Assembly (NCBI GenBank): GCA_944358525.1
Contig: CALVRI010000005.1
Span: forward strand, 1 to 48,473
DNA length: 48,473 nucleotides
Source: an uncultured Bacilli bacterium
Lineage (GTDB): Bacteria; Bacillota_I; Bacilli_A; RF39; UBA660
Reading direction: 5' to 3'
Numbering within the stretch: position 1 is the first letter of the stretch; every line of letters begins with the position of its first letter. The translations under genes and the position numbers were made by a program. This document shows positions 1 to 9,000 of this stretch, piece after piece. The notes beneath the pieces were generated by a model. It saw nothing but the letters and a program-made list of their open reading frames with translations, was not told where the DNA came from and did not search any database.

Positions 1-560
1 TTTTCACCATTATCTATTTTTTCAATTGCCTCTTCCATAGATAAATTTCGGCATCTAGCATAATATCCATAATAACCTATTCTCTCTTTATGTTTCTCTT
101 GTCTTTCTCTATCTTCTTGTAAACTTTCTGGTGAACAAAAACAAGGATAAGCCTTATCTTCTATAATTAATTTTTTAGCAAAAGCCTTATAAATATCTCC
201 TCTTTCACTTTGAGTATAAGGTCCATAATTACCTTTATCACCATCTAAAGTAACTCCTTCATCAAAAGTAATATCAAAATTAGCTAAATCGGTAATTATT
301 TTATTAACCCCATCTTCAATACTTCTCTTTTGATCTGTATCTTCTATTCTTAGAAAAAACACACCATTACTTTGCTTAGCCATCTTTCTAGCAATAAAAG
401 CCGCATATAAAGCACCTAAATGTACAAAACCAGTTGGACTAGGTGCATATCTTGTAACTATTGCTTTATCATCTAAATCTCTCTCTGGATATAATTTTTC
501 ATAATATTCAAAGTCATGTTCTGTTTTTAATAATCTATCGGCAAATTCTTTTCTATCCAT
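1..560 (-). CDS. gltX: glutamate--tRNA ligase, 5' part (runs off the window)
   Basis: Not in the ORF track. Manual translation from ATG 560: MDRKEFADRLL...VTRYAPSPTGFVHLGAL...FFLRIEDTDQKR, carrying the class I HIGH-like and RIEDTD motifs; SD-like AAGGAAAAGAGGG upstream. Confidence 0.95.
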   Translation of the reverse strand, partial: MDRKEFADRLLKTEHDFEYYEKLYPERDLDDKAIVTRYAPSPTGFVHLGALYAAFIARKMAKQSNGVFFLRIEDTDQKRSIEDGVNKIITDLANFDITFDEGVTLDGDKGNYGPYTQSERGDIYKAFAKKLIIEDKAYPCFCSPESLQEDRERQEKHKERIGYYGYYARCRNLSMEEAIEKIDNGE

Positions 561-620
561 AATATCCCTCTTTCCTTTAATATTATCTTATAAATAACTT
601 TAAAAATCAACGATAAAAAG

Positions 621-644
621 AAAAAAGCTCAAAATTTGAGCTTT
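621..644 (-). terminator. intrinsic terminator of the LCP gene
   Basis: Inverted repeat aaagctcaaa-a-tttgagcttt at the stop codon, with a U-tract on the minus strand. Confidence 0.7.
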
Positions 645-2658
645 ATTCAGTAGGAGTATCATCTTGTTCATTACCAGCATCATCATCAACATCAGGTTCC
701 TTAGGTGGTGTTACTGGCGTCTTATCACCATCAGGTAATGCATCATCTAAAATTTCATCATCACCTTTTTGAACATCATCCGTCGTTGTATTACTACTTG
801 ATGAACTAGAACTACTAGATGAACTTGTATTTCCACCAGCAGTTATAGTAATAGAATTAACATCCTCTATATTAGCCCCAGATGGAACACTTTGACTAAG
901 TACATATCCATTTCCACCTTTAACAGTTACACTAATACCATTTCTAGAACAATATGAACGAACATAATCAACAGTCTGTCCTACAAAATTTGGAAGTTGA
1001 ACTAAAGATCTTTCTCCAGTTTCATCTGCTCCTATTACTTCTTTTTCATAAGGAGTATTAATATCAAAGCTAAATGATTTAACTACTTTAGTTTTCTTTA
1101 AACCTAAATTTTCCTTCATCGCATCTGATACTGCTTTAACACTATCATCATATAAAACATAATTATAAAGTGATAAATTAGTTCCACCATAATCATATAT
1201 TCTAGCATCATAACCATTTAATTTTAACCTTTGAATACCTAATACATCAGCCATATCATTCATGCCAGTACTCTTAGAAGCAATATCTTTAAATACATTG
1301 TATAATGAAAGTATTTGATCAGTACTCATATTAGTCACCATATTATTACTAATAGTATCTAATAATTTATATACTGTATCTAAATCCTTAACATCCTTAA
1401 ACTTATTAAGAAGTGCGGTTACAACCTCTTGTTGGTGCTCACCACGGATAAAATCATTACTTGTATAATTTGTCCATTTAGAAGAACACATACTAGGATT
1501 TGGATGTCGATTACGAGCATAAGCTAAAGCTTGCTCACCATTTAAAGTTTGTAAACCTTTTTCAATATAAATTGTATTAGAACCCCATTGACGTTTACTA
1601 TTTTGTTCACACAAATTATATGGAACATCTATCTCAACTCCACCTAAAGTATCAACGAGTTGAACAACACCTGTAAAATTAATCTTAACATAATAATCTA
1701 TTTTAATATCTAAGAAATTCTCAATTGTATCCATCATACATGTCTCGCCTTTCCAAGCCGCATGTGTAATCTTATTTTTTCTTTGACCAGAAAAACAAGC
1801 AATTGGAACATAAGAATCTCTAGGAATGCTAAGTATAGTTGTACTTAAAGTTTTTGGGTTAAAAGTAATTACCATAAGTGAATCACCATTAAATGATCCA
1901 TTCGCAATTCCCTCTGCATCTGAGTCCACACCCATAAGTAAAACTGTAAAAGGTTCAGTAATAGCTTTTGTATTTGTACTATCACTTTCTTTTTTTTCAT
2001 TTTTTACCTTTTTAGTTTGAGTTAATAAAACCTTAGTCTCATCAGCAATGTCTTCATAACCCTCCATACTGCCAAACATAACAGTATAATTTGTTGGTAA
2101 AAATATATAATTAATCTCACCATCACGCAATGCATCAATCATTGCAATATAACTATCATATTCTTTAGTTTTATTATTTAACTTTTGTTCTTTAATTACT
2201 TCCTCTGGAATTATATTTCCTTCATAACTAGTAGTATCATTTAAAATACCAAGTTCTGAATCACCTATATCTTTAATACTTTCAGCTTCATTATCTTTCA
2301 AAGTCACTAAACTAGAAGAATAAGTTGTATATCCAGAAGTATCACTTACTTTAGATAAAGCCCCATAAACCTTATCAACATTGTAAGCCGCAAAAATACC
2401 CACTCCACCAATTAACAACATTAAAATAATAACTATCGTAAGTTTAATCTTCTTAAATTTATTTAAAAATCTAATACTCAAAATAAATAGCAGCAAACTT
2501 ATTATTCCAAGTACAATTGATCCAATAAGTCTTAAATTATTTTCTATATTATTTAATTTAGAGATAGATAAAATAAAATATCCAACTCCTCCAAACAACA
2601 CTAAAATACTTATTAAAGTTAATATAAACGCAACCTTGTGCTTAGTAAGCTTCTTCAT
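643..2658 (-). CDS. LCP (LytR-CpsA-Psr) glycopolymer transferase with 3 N-terminal TM helices, a PASTA-like domain and a Ser/Asp-rich tail
   Basis: LCP motifs LLMGVDS, SIPRDSYV, KITHA, NFTG, ALAYARNR, DFIRGEHQQ; PASTA-like LPNFVGQT...VLSQSVPSG. Confidence 0.9.
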   Translation of the reverse strand: MKKLTKHKVAFILTLISILVLFGGVGYFILSISKLNNIENNLRLIGSIVLGIISLLLFILSIRFLNKFKKIKLTIVIILMLLIGGVGIFAAYNVDKVYGALSKVSDTSGYTTYSSSLVTLKDNEAESIKDIGDSELGILNDTTSYEGNIIPEEVIKEQKLNNKTKEYDSYIAMIDALRDGEINYIFLPTNYTVMFGSMEGYEDIADETKVLLTQTKKVKNEKKESDSTNTKAITEPFTVLLMGVDSDAEGIANGSFNGDSLMVITFNPKTLSTTILSIPRDSYVPIACFSGQRKNKITHAAWKGETCMMDTIENFLDIKIDYYVKINFTGVVQLVDTLGGVEIDVPYNLCEQNSKRQWGSNTIYIEKGLQTLNGEQALAYARNRHPNPSMCSSKWTNYTSNDFIRGEHQQEVVTALLNKFKDVKDLDTVYKLLDTISNNMVTNMSTDQILSLYNVFKDIASKSTGMNDMADVLGIQRLKLNGYDARIYDYGGTNLSLYNYVLYDDSVKAVSDAMKENLGLKKTKVVKSFSFDINTPYEKEVIGADETGERSLVQLPNFVGQTVDYVRSYCSRNGISVTVKGGNGYVLSQSVPSGANIEDVNSITITAGGNTSSSSSSSSSSSNTTTDDVQKGDDEILDDALPDGDKTPVTPPKEPDVDDDAGNEQDDTPTE

Positions 2659-2741
2659 ACAAAACCTCCTTGCGTACTATATAAGTATAACCCATATTTT
2701 AATTTTTAACAAGGGTTCACACAAATTTTTGACAAAAAATA

Positions 2742-2765
2742 AAAAGTCCTTATTAAAGAACTTTT
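2742..2765 (-). terminator. intrinsic terminator after tRNA-Cys
   Basis: Minus strand aaaagttctt-taat-aaggactttt followed by a U-run. Confidence 0.55.
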
Positions 2766-2776
2766 AAAATCATAAT

Positions 2777-2850
2777 TGGAGGGCCTAGTCGGATTTGAAC
2801 CAACGATCAGGGAGTTGCAGTCCCACGCCTTACCACTTGGCTATAGACCC
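2777..2850 (-). tRNA. tRNA-Cys (GCA)
   Basis: 74 nt GGGTCTATAGCCAAGTGGTAAGGC...CT GCA AC...GGTTCAAATCC...GGCCCTCCA; cloverleaf, encoded CCA, U discriminator. Confidence 0.96.
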
Positions 2851-2851
2851 A

Positions 2852-3023
2852 GAAAAAAGGTTGAATTGTAAGAGAATTACTAGAATTTTAAATAAAACCT
2901 AGAACGGCTTCAACCAGACCGTAGTACTTGTGCACCATTAAAAAATGGTTTTCATTGAGTTTGCAACAGCACATGCTATAAAAACAGGCAAAGTAAAATT
3001 TCTATAACACATGCTTAGCACTA
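2852..3023 (-). ncRNA. unassigned structured RNA or leader upstream of tRNA-Cys
   Basis: 15-bp stem with five G-U pairs, closing stem TAGTGCT/AGTACTA, further hairpins, and GGTTGAA/TTCAACC plus U6; lies directly below a consensus promoter. Confidence 0.55.
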
Positions 3024-3025
3024 TC

Positions 3026-3054
3026 ATTTTATTATATTTTATGAATCTTGTCAA
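3026..3054 (-). promoter_or_regulatory. sigma-A promoter for the structured RNA and tRNA-Cys
   Basis: TTGACA-N17-TAAAAT on the minus strand. Confidence 0.75.
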
Positions 3055-3105
3055 TAAATGACATATTTTTTGTGTCACTTTCTGTCAAATAGAAAAAAGT
3101 GCCAA

Positions 3106-5478
3106 TTACTTATTTCTAAGTTTCACACCTTTTTCTTTTTCAACTTTATCAATAATATTATTAAATACTTCCATAACCTCTTCCTCACTTAAAGTTCTAT
3201 CAGGTGAAGAAAAAGTTAATGAATAAGCTAAAGACTTTTCATCCAAAGCCACATGTTCACCAGTATAAACATCAAATAACTTAATATCAGTTAAAAGTCT
3301 TCCGCCAGCTTTTCTAATAACACTTATAATCTCATCAGAAGTTACATCATAATTAACTATAAATGCCATATCCTTAACAATCTCTGGATACTTAGGAGCT
3401 TCTTTAAACTTAATTGGCTTCACTTTACCCATAAGCGCTTCTAAAGAAAGCTCAGCCACATAAATATCATCCTTAGTAATAATCGGATGGACTTTTCCAA
3501 TAACCCCTATCATTTTTCTATCAAGCATAACACTCGCACATATTCCAGAGTGTAAATCAGGTAATTCACATTTCTCAAAAGTATATCTATTTTTAAAACC
3601 TAAATAATCTAAAATATTTTGAACTATACCTTTAATCAAATAAAAATCAACTTTAACATTCACACCATGCCACTGATTAACCAAATAATTAGAGCTCATA
3701 AGCATACATACTTTACTTTCTTCATTATAAGAAGCATCATATGTTTTAGCAATTTCATAAATATTTACATCATTAACCTTGTGATCACGGTTATATTCAT
3801 ATACCTTCAAAAGTGAAGGAATTAAACTAGTTCTAATAACAGACTTATCAGTACTCATTGGAAGTGGTAAAGTAATTTGTTTTTTATCTTCATATCTAAA
3901 ACTAGAAGCCATCTTTGGTGAAACTAAAGTATAAGTTTTAACCTCATTTAAACCAAGTTCACGCAATCTATTAGAAATAATCTTACGATATTTAATATCT
4001 AAAGCATATTCACCCTTTTTAATTGCCACACTTGGTAAAGTAGACACTAAATTATGATAACCATAAAGTCTGCCAACTTCCTCAGCAATATCATTCACAT
4101 AAGGATCAATATCAAGTCTTCTAGAAGGAATAATCGCTTTAAATTCACCTTTATTATATTCAAATGGAAAACCTAAACGATTAAGTTCAACCTTAACATC
4201 ATCATCAGAAATCGTAATTCCAAGTAACGTATTTATTTCAGAAGATTTAAATTTAACAATCTTTGGTGTTTTATCAATTTTATCATGCTTAACCATTCCA
4301 GAAAGTACTTTTGCTCCTGCATACTTTTCAAGTAGATGACAAGCTCTTTCAATCGCTTTCTCTGTATACTCATAACTTAAACCCTTACCATATCTAATTG
4401 AAGCTTCACTTCTTAAATCAAGTCTATTAGAAGTATTCCTAATACTAACCCCATCAAATATTGCACTTTCAATTAAAATATCTTTAGTATTTTCGGTAAC
4501 CTCGGTATTTTCACCACCCATAACACCAGCAATACAAACCGGTTTCTTACCATCAGTAATAACAATATCATTACTATTTAAAACTCTATTAATTCCATCT
4601 AAAGTTACAATTTCTTCTCCATCTTTCGCATTTCTAACTAAAATATTATCTCCTAAAGTATCTTTATCAAAGAAGTGCAAAGGTTGTCCATATTCAAGCA
4701 TAACATAATTAGAAATATCAACCACATTATTAATAGAACGCATACCATAAGCAGAAAGTCTTCTCTTAATAAATTCAGGAGACTCTCCAATTTTAACATC
4801 AGTAACCATCTTAGCTAAATAATATGGACATTTATCAGTTTCCACACTTAAACTAAAATGATTTTTAATATTATCTTTAATAGGATTTGTCTTATCATCA
4901 GGTAAAGTAACTGGTCTATTTAAAATTGCTCCAATCTCATAAGCAAAACCAATATGATAATAACAATCATTATTACGATGTTTATGAATATCTAGTTCAT
5001 ATAAAGTATCGTCTAAATTAAGGTATTTCATTGCATCCATACCAACCTTAGCCTTACCATCCACTTCATAAATACCCTTGCTGTAAGTCTCTTCTGTTTT
5101 TTCTTCTAACCCAAGTTCATAAAGTGCGCAAAGCATTCCATTAGATTCTACCCCTCTAATTTTACTTTTCTTAATCTCAAAATCACCAGGTAAAATAGCT
5201 CCAAGTAAAGCTACAATAACCTTTAATCCTTTTCTAACATTAGGTGCCCCGCAAACAATTTGTAAAACTCTATCACCAACATTAACCTTACAAACATGTA
5301 AATGATCTGAATCAGGATGCATCTCACATTCTATAACTTCACCAATAACTAAATTATCTATATGATTAGAAATAACCTTTTCAATATTAATTCCCGCTTT
5401 AGTTATCTTAACCGCAAGCTCTTTTAAATCTTGATCTTCAATATCAATATAATCTTTGACCCACTCTAAATCTATCAT
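3106..5478 (-). CDS. pheT: phenylalanine--tRNA ligase beta subunit
   Basis: HPDSDHLHVC, QIVCGAPNV, INNVVDISNYVMLEYGQPLHFFD and a C-terminal FDX-ACB domain; follows pheS. Confidence 0.98.
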   Translation of the reverse strand: MIDLEWVKDYIDIEDQDLKELAVKITKAGINIEKVISNHIDNLVIGEVIECEMHPDSDHLHVCKVNVGDRVLQIVCGAPNVRKGLKVIVALLGAILPGDFEIKKSKIRGVESNGMLCALYELGLEEKTEETYSKGIYEVDGKAKVGMDAMKYLNLDDTLYELDIHKHRNNDCYYHIGFAYEIGAILNRPVTLPDDKTNPIKDNIKNHFSLSVETDKCPYYLAKMVTDVKIGESPEFIKRRLSAYGMRSINNVVDISNYVMLEYGQPLHFFDKDTLGDNILVRNAKDGEEIVTLDGINRVLNSNDIVITDGKKPVCIAGVMGGENTEVTENTKDILIESAIFDGVSIRNTSNRLDLRSEASIRYGKGLSYEYTEKAIERACHLLEKYAGAKVLSGMVKHDKIDKTPKIVKFKSSEINTLLGITISDDDVKVELNRLGFPFEYNKGEFKAIIPSRRLDIDPYVNDIAEEVGRLYGYHNLVSTLPSVAIKKGEYALDIKYRKIISNRLRELGLNEVKTYTLVSPKMASSFRYEDKKQITLPLPMSTDKSVIRTSLIPSLLKVYEYNRDHKVNDVNIYEIAKTYDASYNEESKVCMLMSSNYLVNQWHGVNVKVDFYLIKGIVQNILDYLGFKNRYTFEKCELPDLHSGICASVMLDRKMIGVIGKVHPIITKDDIYVAELSLEALMGKVKPIKFKEAPKYPEIVKDMAFIVNYDVTSDEIISVIRKAGGRLLTDIKLFDVYTGEHVALDEKSLAYSLTFSSPDRTLSEEEVMEVFNNIIDKVEKEKGVKLRNK

Positions 5479-6518
5479 TAGTTAGCCTCCTTTCTATCAA
5501 AACCTCTACTCTCTCTTAAATCGTTTGTATAAAATACTCTTAAATCATTGATGCCGTATTTGATCATTGCTAGTCTTTCAGCTCCAAAACCAAACGCAAA
5601 ACCAGACCATTTCTTAGGATCATAACCACAGTTTTCCAAAACCTTTGGATGAACCATTCCCCCACCAGATACTGTAATCCAACCAGTATTTTTACAAATA
5701 TTACATCCTTTGCCTTTACAGTGATGACAGCTAATATCCATCTCAACAGAAGGCTCAGTAAATGGATAATAACTTGGTCTAAATCTCGTTTGACACTCTT
5801 CACCAAATAAATGCTTTGCAATAACATCAAATGTTCCTTTTAAATCAGATAAACTAATATTTTTATCAACAAGTAAACCTTCTATCTGCATAAATTGATG
5901 TGAATGAGTCGCATCATCATCATCTCTTCTATATGTCTTACCAGGACAAATCATTCTAATTGGTTTTTCTCCTTTTCCAGCAAGCATTGTCCTAACTTGT
6001 ACAGGCGAAGTTTGACTGCGAAGTAAAAGTTCATCATCTTTTACATAAAATGTATCTTGCGCATCCCTAGCTGGATGTCCTTTAGGTAAATTAAGCATTT
6101 CAAAGTTATATTCATCTTTTTCAACCTCTGGTCCATCAACCACATCATATCCCATTGACATAAGTAACTCTTCAATATCTTCAATCATCTTCTCCAAAAT
6201 ACTAGGAGCTCCTATCTTAATCTCTGTAGCTGGTAAACTAATATCAATACTCTCATTTTGTAACTTTTCACTTAATAACTTTACTTCTATTTCTTCTTTT
6301 TTACTATCTAATAAACTAGTAGCTTCATTTTTTAAATTATTAATTAAAGCTCCAAAAGATTTTTTCTCATCATTACTTAAATCTTTCATTTTAGAATATA
6401 AAGATGTAATCTCACCTTTTTTACCTAAATATTTCGCTTTTACCTCATTTAAATTTTGTTCAGAAAAAACCGTTTCTAAATCAACTTGCAAATCATTTAA
6501 AATATTATCTAAATTCAT
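5478..6518 (-). CDS. pheS: phenylalanine--tRNA ligase alpha subunit
   Basis: HPARDAQDTF, RSQTSPVQVR, FRPSYYPFTEPS, GFAFGFGAERL; start moved to ATG 6518 behind AGGAGG. Confidence 0.98.
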   Translation of the reverse strand: MNLDNILNDLQVDLETVFSEQNLNEVKAKYLGKKGEITSLYSKMKDLSNDEKKSFGALINNLKNEATSLLDSKKEEIEVKLLSEKLQNESIDISLPATEIKIGAPSILEKMIEDIEELLMSMGYDVVDGPEVEKDEYNFEMLNLPKGHPARDAQDTFYVKDDELLLRSQTSPVQVRTMLAGKGEKPIRMICPGKTYRRDDDDATHSHQFMQIEGLLVDKNISLSDLKGTFDVIAKHLFGEECQTRFRPSYYPFTEPSVEMDISCHHCKGKGCNICKNTGWITVSGGGMVHPKVLENCGYDPKKWSGFAFGFGAERLAMIKYGINDLRVFYTNDLRESRGFDRKEAN

Positions 6519-6532
6519 AAACACCCTCCTAA

Positions 6533-6745
6533 CAAAAAAATCACATCCATATAAGGACGTGATTTAAACGTGGTACCACCTTAATTTGTAAGTAAAACTT
6601 ACCTCTAAAACTATAACGCGTTACCGATATATCTTTGCATATATAGCTCCTAAGATGAATTCATAAAAGATTATTACTAACTTCCACCACCCGTTAGCTC
6701 TCTATAAATAATTACTTTTATTACTACTTCTTAATCTTCGCTTTT
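6533..6745 (-). promoter_or_regulatory. T-box riboswitch with Phe specifier
   Basis: Minus strand AGAGA and GGTGG stem I motifs, specifier GAA-TTC-A (UUC = Phe, 6657-6659), T-box AAGGTGGTACCACG, terminator aaatcacgtcc/ggatgtgattt plus U-tract. Confidence 0.95.
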
Positions 6746-6805
6746 CAAATTTCAATATCAATTATACCACATTTTTGACATTTTTAAACAAAAAACTAAC
6801 ATAAG

Positions 6806-7066
6806 TTAGTTAAGAGTTTTACTAGAACTTTCCATCACATTTTGAGCTTGATATTCAGCAAGGTGAGCTTTCAAGCTCTCAAGTGTTCCAGGTTCAAATT
6901 TTTGTCCTATTGGCAAATACATCTCAGAAGCAAAAATATTCTCTACACCAATTTCAGGAAAAGCCGAAAATATTTTTTCCTGCATATCAAACACATGAGA
7001 ATTTCCGCCATGTTTTCTATTTTCATAATTGCTATTCATATTGTTAATTACATCAGCTAATACCAT
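6806..7066 (-). CDS. hypothetical protein (86 aa)
   Basis: GGAGG SD inside the end of the upstream gene, TAATG stop/start overlap; no recognisable motif. Confidence 0.7.
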   Translation of the reverse strand: MVLADVINNMNSNYENRKHGGNSHVFDMQEKIFSAFPEIGVENIFASEMYLPIGQKFEPGTLESLKAHLAEYQAQNVMESSSKTLN

Positions 7067-7599
7067 TATTTTACCTCCGCTTCTGCCATGGCTTTTAATA
7101 CCATCTTTGCATCATTACTAAAATAAGCATTGTATAAAACATCGTTTCCGATTACTTTACTAATTAAATTTGTCATAATAATTTCATCTGTAAAAAAATT
7201 ATCTGGGACATCTCCCACTAAATAATTAGTAAGTATCTCTGTATAGCCTTCATTAAGGGCAAGGAGAGAATCACTCTCATCATTAAACCCATAATAATTA
7301 TCTTTAGCACTAATAACACCTAATAAACTATGCATAAGCCAGTGTCTCGCATCCGCTTCAGTAATAAGTCCATAGTTAATTGCTATTTCATTATTATGTG
7401 GAATGTACTTGCACGGCATTTTAACTAAATACATACTTTCCCTTTTTATCTTTAAAGTCTTAAGTCGTTCTTTCAAAGTCGTTAAATCCACATCTTTAAA
7501 TATCTCATGAAAGATTGTAATAAGTTCTAAAAGATTATCTTTAACCTCTAAAGTTAAATTTTCATTACCATCTAGTATGACTTTAACTTCTTCAAGCAT
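7066..7599 (-). CDS. hypothetical protein with a degenerate gluzincin-like signature
   Basis: LMHSLLG where HExxH is expected, then GF...ALNEGYTE; AGGTGA SD and TGnTATAAT upstream. Confidence 0.65.
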   Translation of the reverse strand: MLEEVKVILDGNENLTLEVKDNLLELITIFHEIFKDVDLTTLKERLKTLKIKRESMYLVKMPCKYIPHNNEIAINYGLITEADARHWLMHSLLGVISAKDNYYGFNDESDSLLALNEGYTEILTNYLVGDVPDNFFTDEIIMTNLISKVIGNDVLYNAYFSNDAKMVLKAMAEAEVK

Positions 7600-7740
7600 A
7601 ACTTAATCACCTGGTAAGTATTATATCACACTGTAAAGCAAAAGTATACAATTTTTCCACTTTTTTTTGACATTTATTATACACTTCTAATTTAAATATG
7701 TTATAAAACCCCTTATTTTACAATACTTTCTATACTTTTG

Positions 7741-7794
7741 TTGCGAAAGTATTTATTTTGTTATATAATGTGGAAAAGTGAAAAGTTTTCCACA
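7741..7794 (+). promoter_or_regulatory. sigma-A promoter with a palindromic operator over the start site
   Basis: TTGCGA-N17-TATAAT (7741-7769), then TGTGGAAAA-N8-TTTTCCACA (7769-7794). Confidence 0.65.
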
Positions 7795-7830
7795 GCTTAT
7801 AATAAAGTGTAAAGAAAAAGGTGAAATAAA

Positions 7831-8988
7831 ATGTATCGAAAAACTTATGCATTAATTAATTGTAATACTTTAAAAAGAAACATTCAAAACATTAAAGAAA
7901 ACTATCCTTATAAATATTATATAGGTGTTGTTAAAGCAAATGCTTATGGTCATGGTGACTATATCGTAAATACCTTAATTCAAGGTGGAATAAATTATTT
8001 AGCCGCATCATCCTTAGAAGAATGTTTAAATATCCGAAAAAGAAATGAGAACATTCCAATACTATGTTTAGAACCAATAGATCATGAATTTTTAAATATA
8101 TGTGAAAAAGAAAATATCACCATAACTATTCCTGATTATGAATATTTTAAAAACATAAACTTAAATTTAAATTTAAAAGTTCACCTAAAAATAGATAGTG
8201 GTATGAATCGCTTAGGTTTTAAAGATAAAAATGAAATAAAAAAAGTATATGATACTATCTTAAATTATCCAAATATAACCTTAGAAGGAATATACACTCA
8301 CCTAGGTACTTCAGGTATGTGGGATAGTCACTACGACCACGATTTAAAAAATTTTGAAGATATAACAAGTCTAATTGATTTAAATACTATTCCTATTGTT
8401 CATATTTCTCGTTCACTTACCTTAGTAACTCATCCAATGCCTAAATATGTAACTGGAATTAGACTAGGTATCATAATGTACGGTTTTCCTCAAAAAATAA
8501 ATAAACCATCCGGACTTAGATTAATAAAAAGAAATATGTATTTAAAAAAACATCATATAAGTGACATTACATATGAAAATAATTTAAAACTAAACACCGC
8601 TTTCTCACTTCACACCACCATTATGACCATCAAAAATGTCAAAAAAGGCGAATATGTTGGATATGGAGCAAAATATATTGCTGAAGAAGATATGAAAATC
8701 GCCATTATTCCAATTGGTTTTGCCGATGGACTAATTAAACAATACGAAAATCAAACTGTCAAAATAAATAATAAAGATTATAAAATAATTGGTGAAGTTG
8801 GTATGGACATGACTGCCATTAAAATTGATGATAGTGTAAAACTTAAAGATCATGTTATAATATTTGATGATGCCAAAAAGAAATCAAAAGAACTAGGTAT
8901 CAGTGCTTATCAACTCTTCACAAGCATTACAACTAGAGTACCACGAGTATATGATGAAGATGGTAAACTAACAGAAATAAAATATTAA
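7831..8988 (+). CDS. alr: alanine racemase family PLP enzyme with a divergent substrate pocket
   Basis: VVKANAYGHG (PLP lysine), HLKIDSGMNRLG, RLGIIMYG and GYGAKY intact; atypical HISRS, GFADG and GEVGMDM. Confidence 0.85.
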   Translation: MYRKTYALINCNTLKRNIQNIKENYPYKYYIGVVKANAYGHGDYIVNTLIQGGINYLAASSLEECLNIRKRNENIPILCLEPIDHEFLNICEKENITITIPDYEYFKNINLNLNLKVHLKIDSGMNRLGFKDKNEIKKVYDTILNYPNITLEGIYTHLGTSGMWDSHYDHDLKNFEDITSLIDLNTIPIVHISRSLTLVTHPMPKYVTGIRLGIIMYGFPQKINKPSGLRLIKRNMYLKKHHISDITYENNLKLNTAFSLHTTIMTIKNVKKGEYVGYGAKYIAEEDMKIAIIPIGFADGLIKQYENQTVKINNKDYKIIGEVGMDMTAIKIDDSVKLKDHVIIFDDAKKKSKELGISAYQLFTSITTRVPRVYDEDGKLTEIKY

Positions 8989-9000
8989 AGGAATGATTTT

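Noticed and set aside
660-830. Ser/Asp-rich repeats at the end of the LCP gene as a tandem-repeat locus
   Set aside because: The codons vary, so this is an ordinary low-complexity protein tail and not a DNA repeat.
2852-3023. Calling the tRNA-Cys upstream RNA as SRP, 6S, guanidine-I, c-di-GMP or T-box
   Set aside because: Only short word matches (GTGCTAAGC, GGTCTGGT, TTCTAGG, GCAAAC). The SRP domain IV loop, 6S end-to-end rod, ykkC motif order and UGGN T-box bulge are missing.
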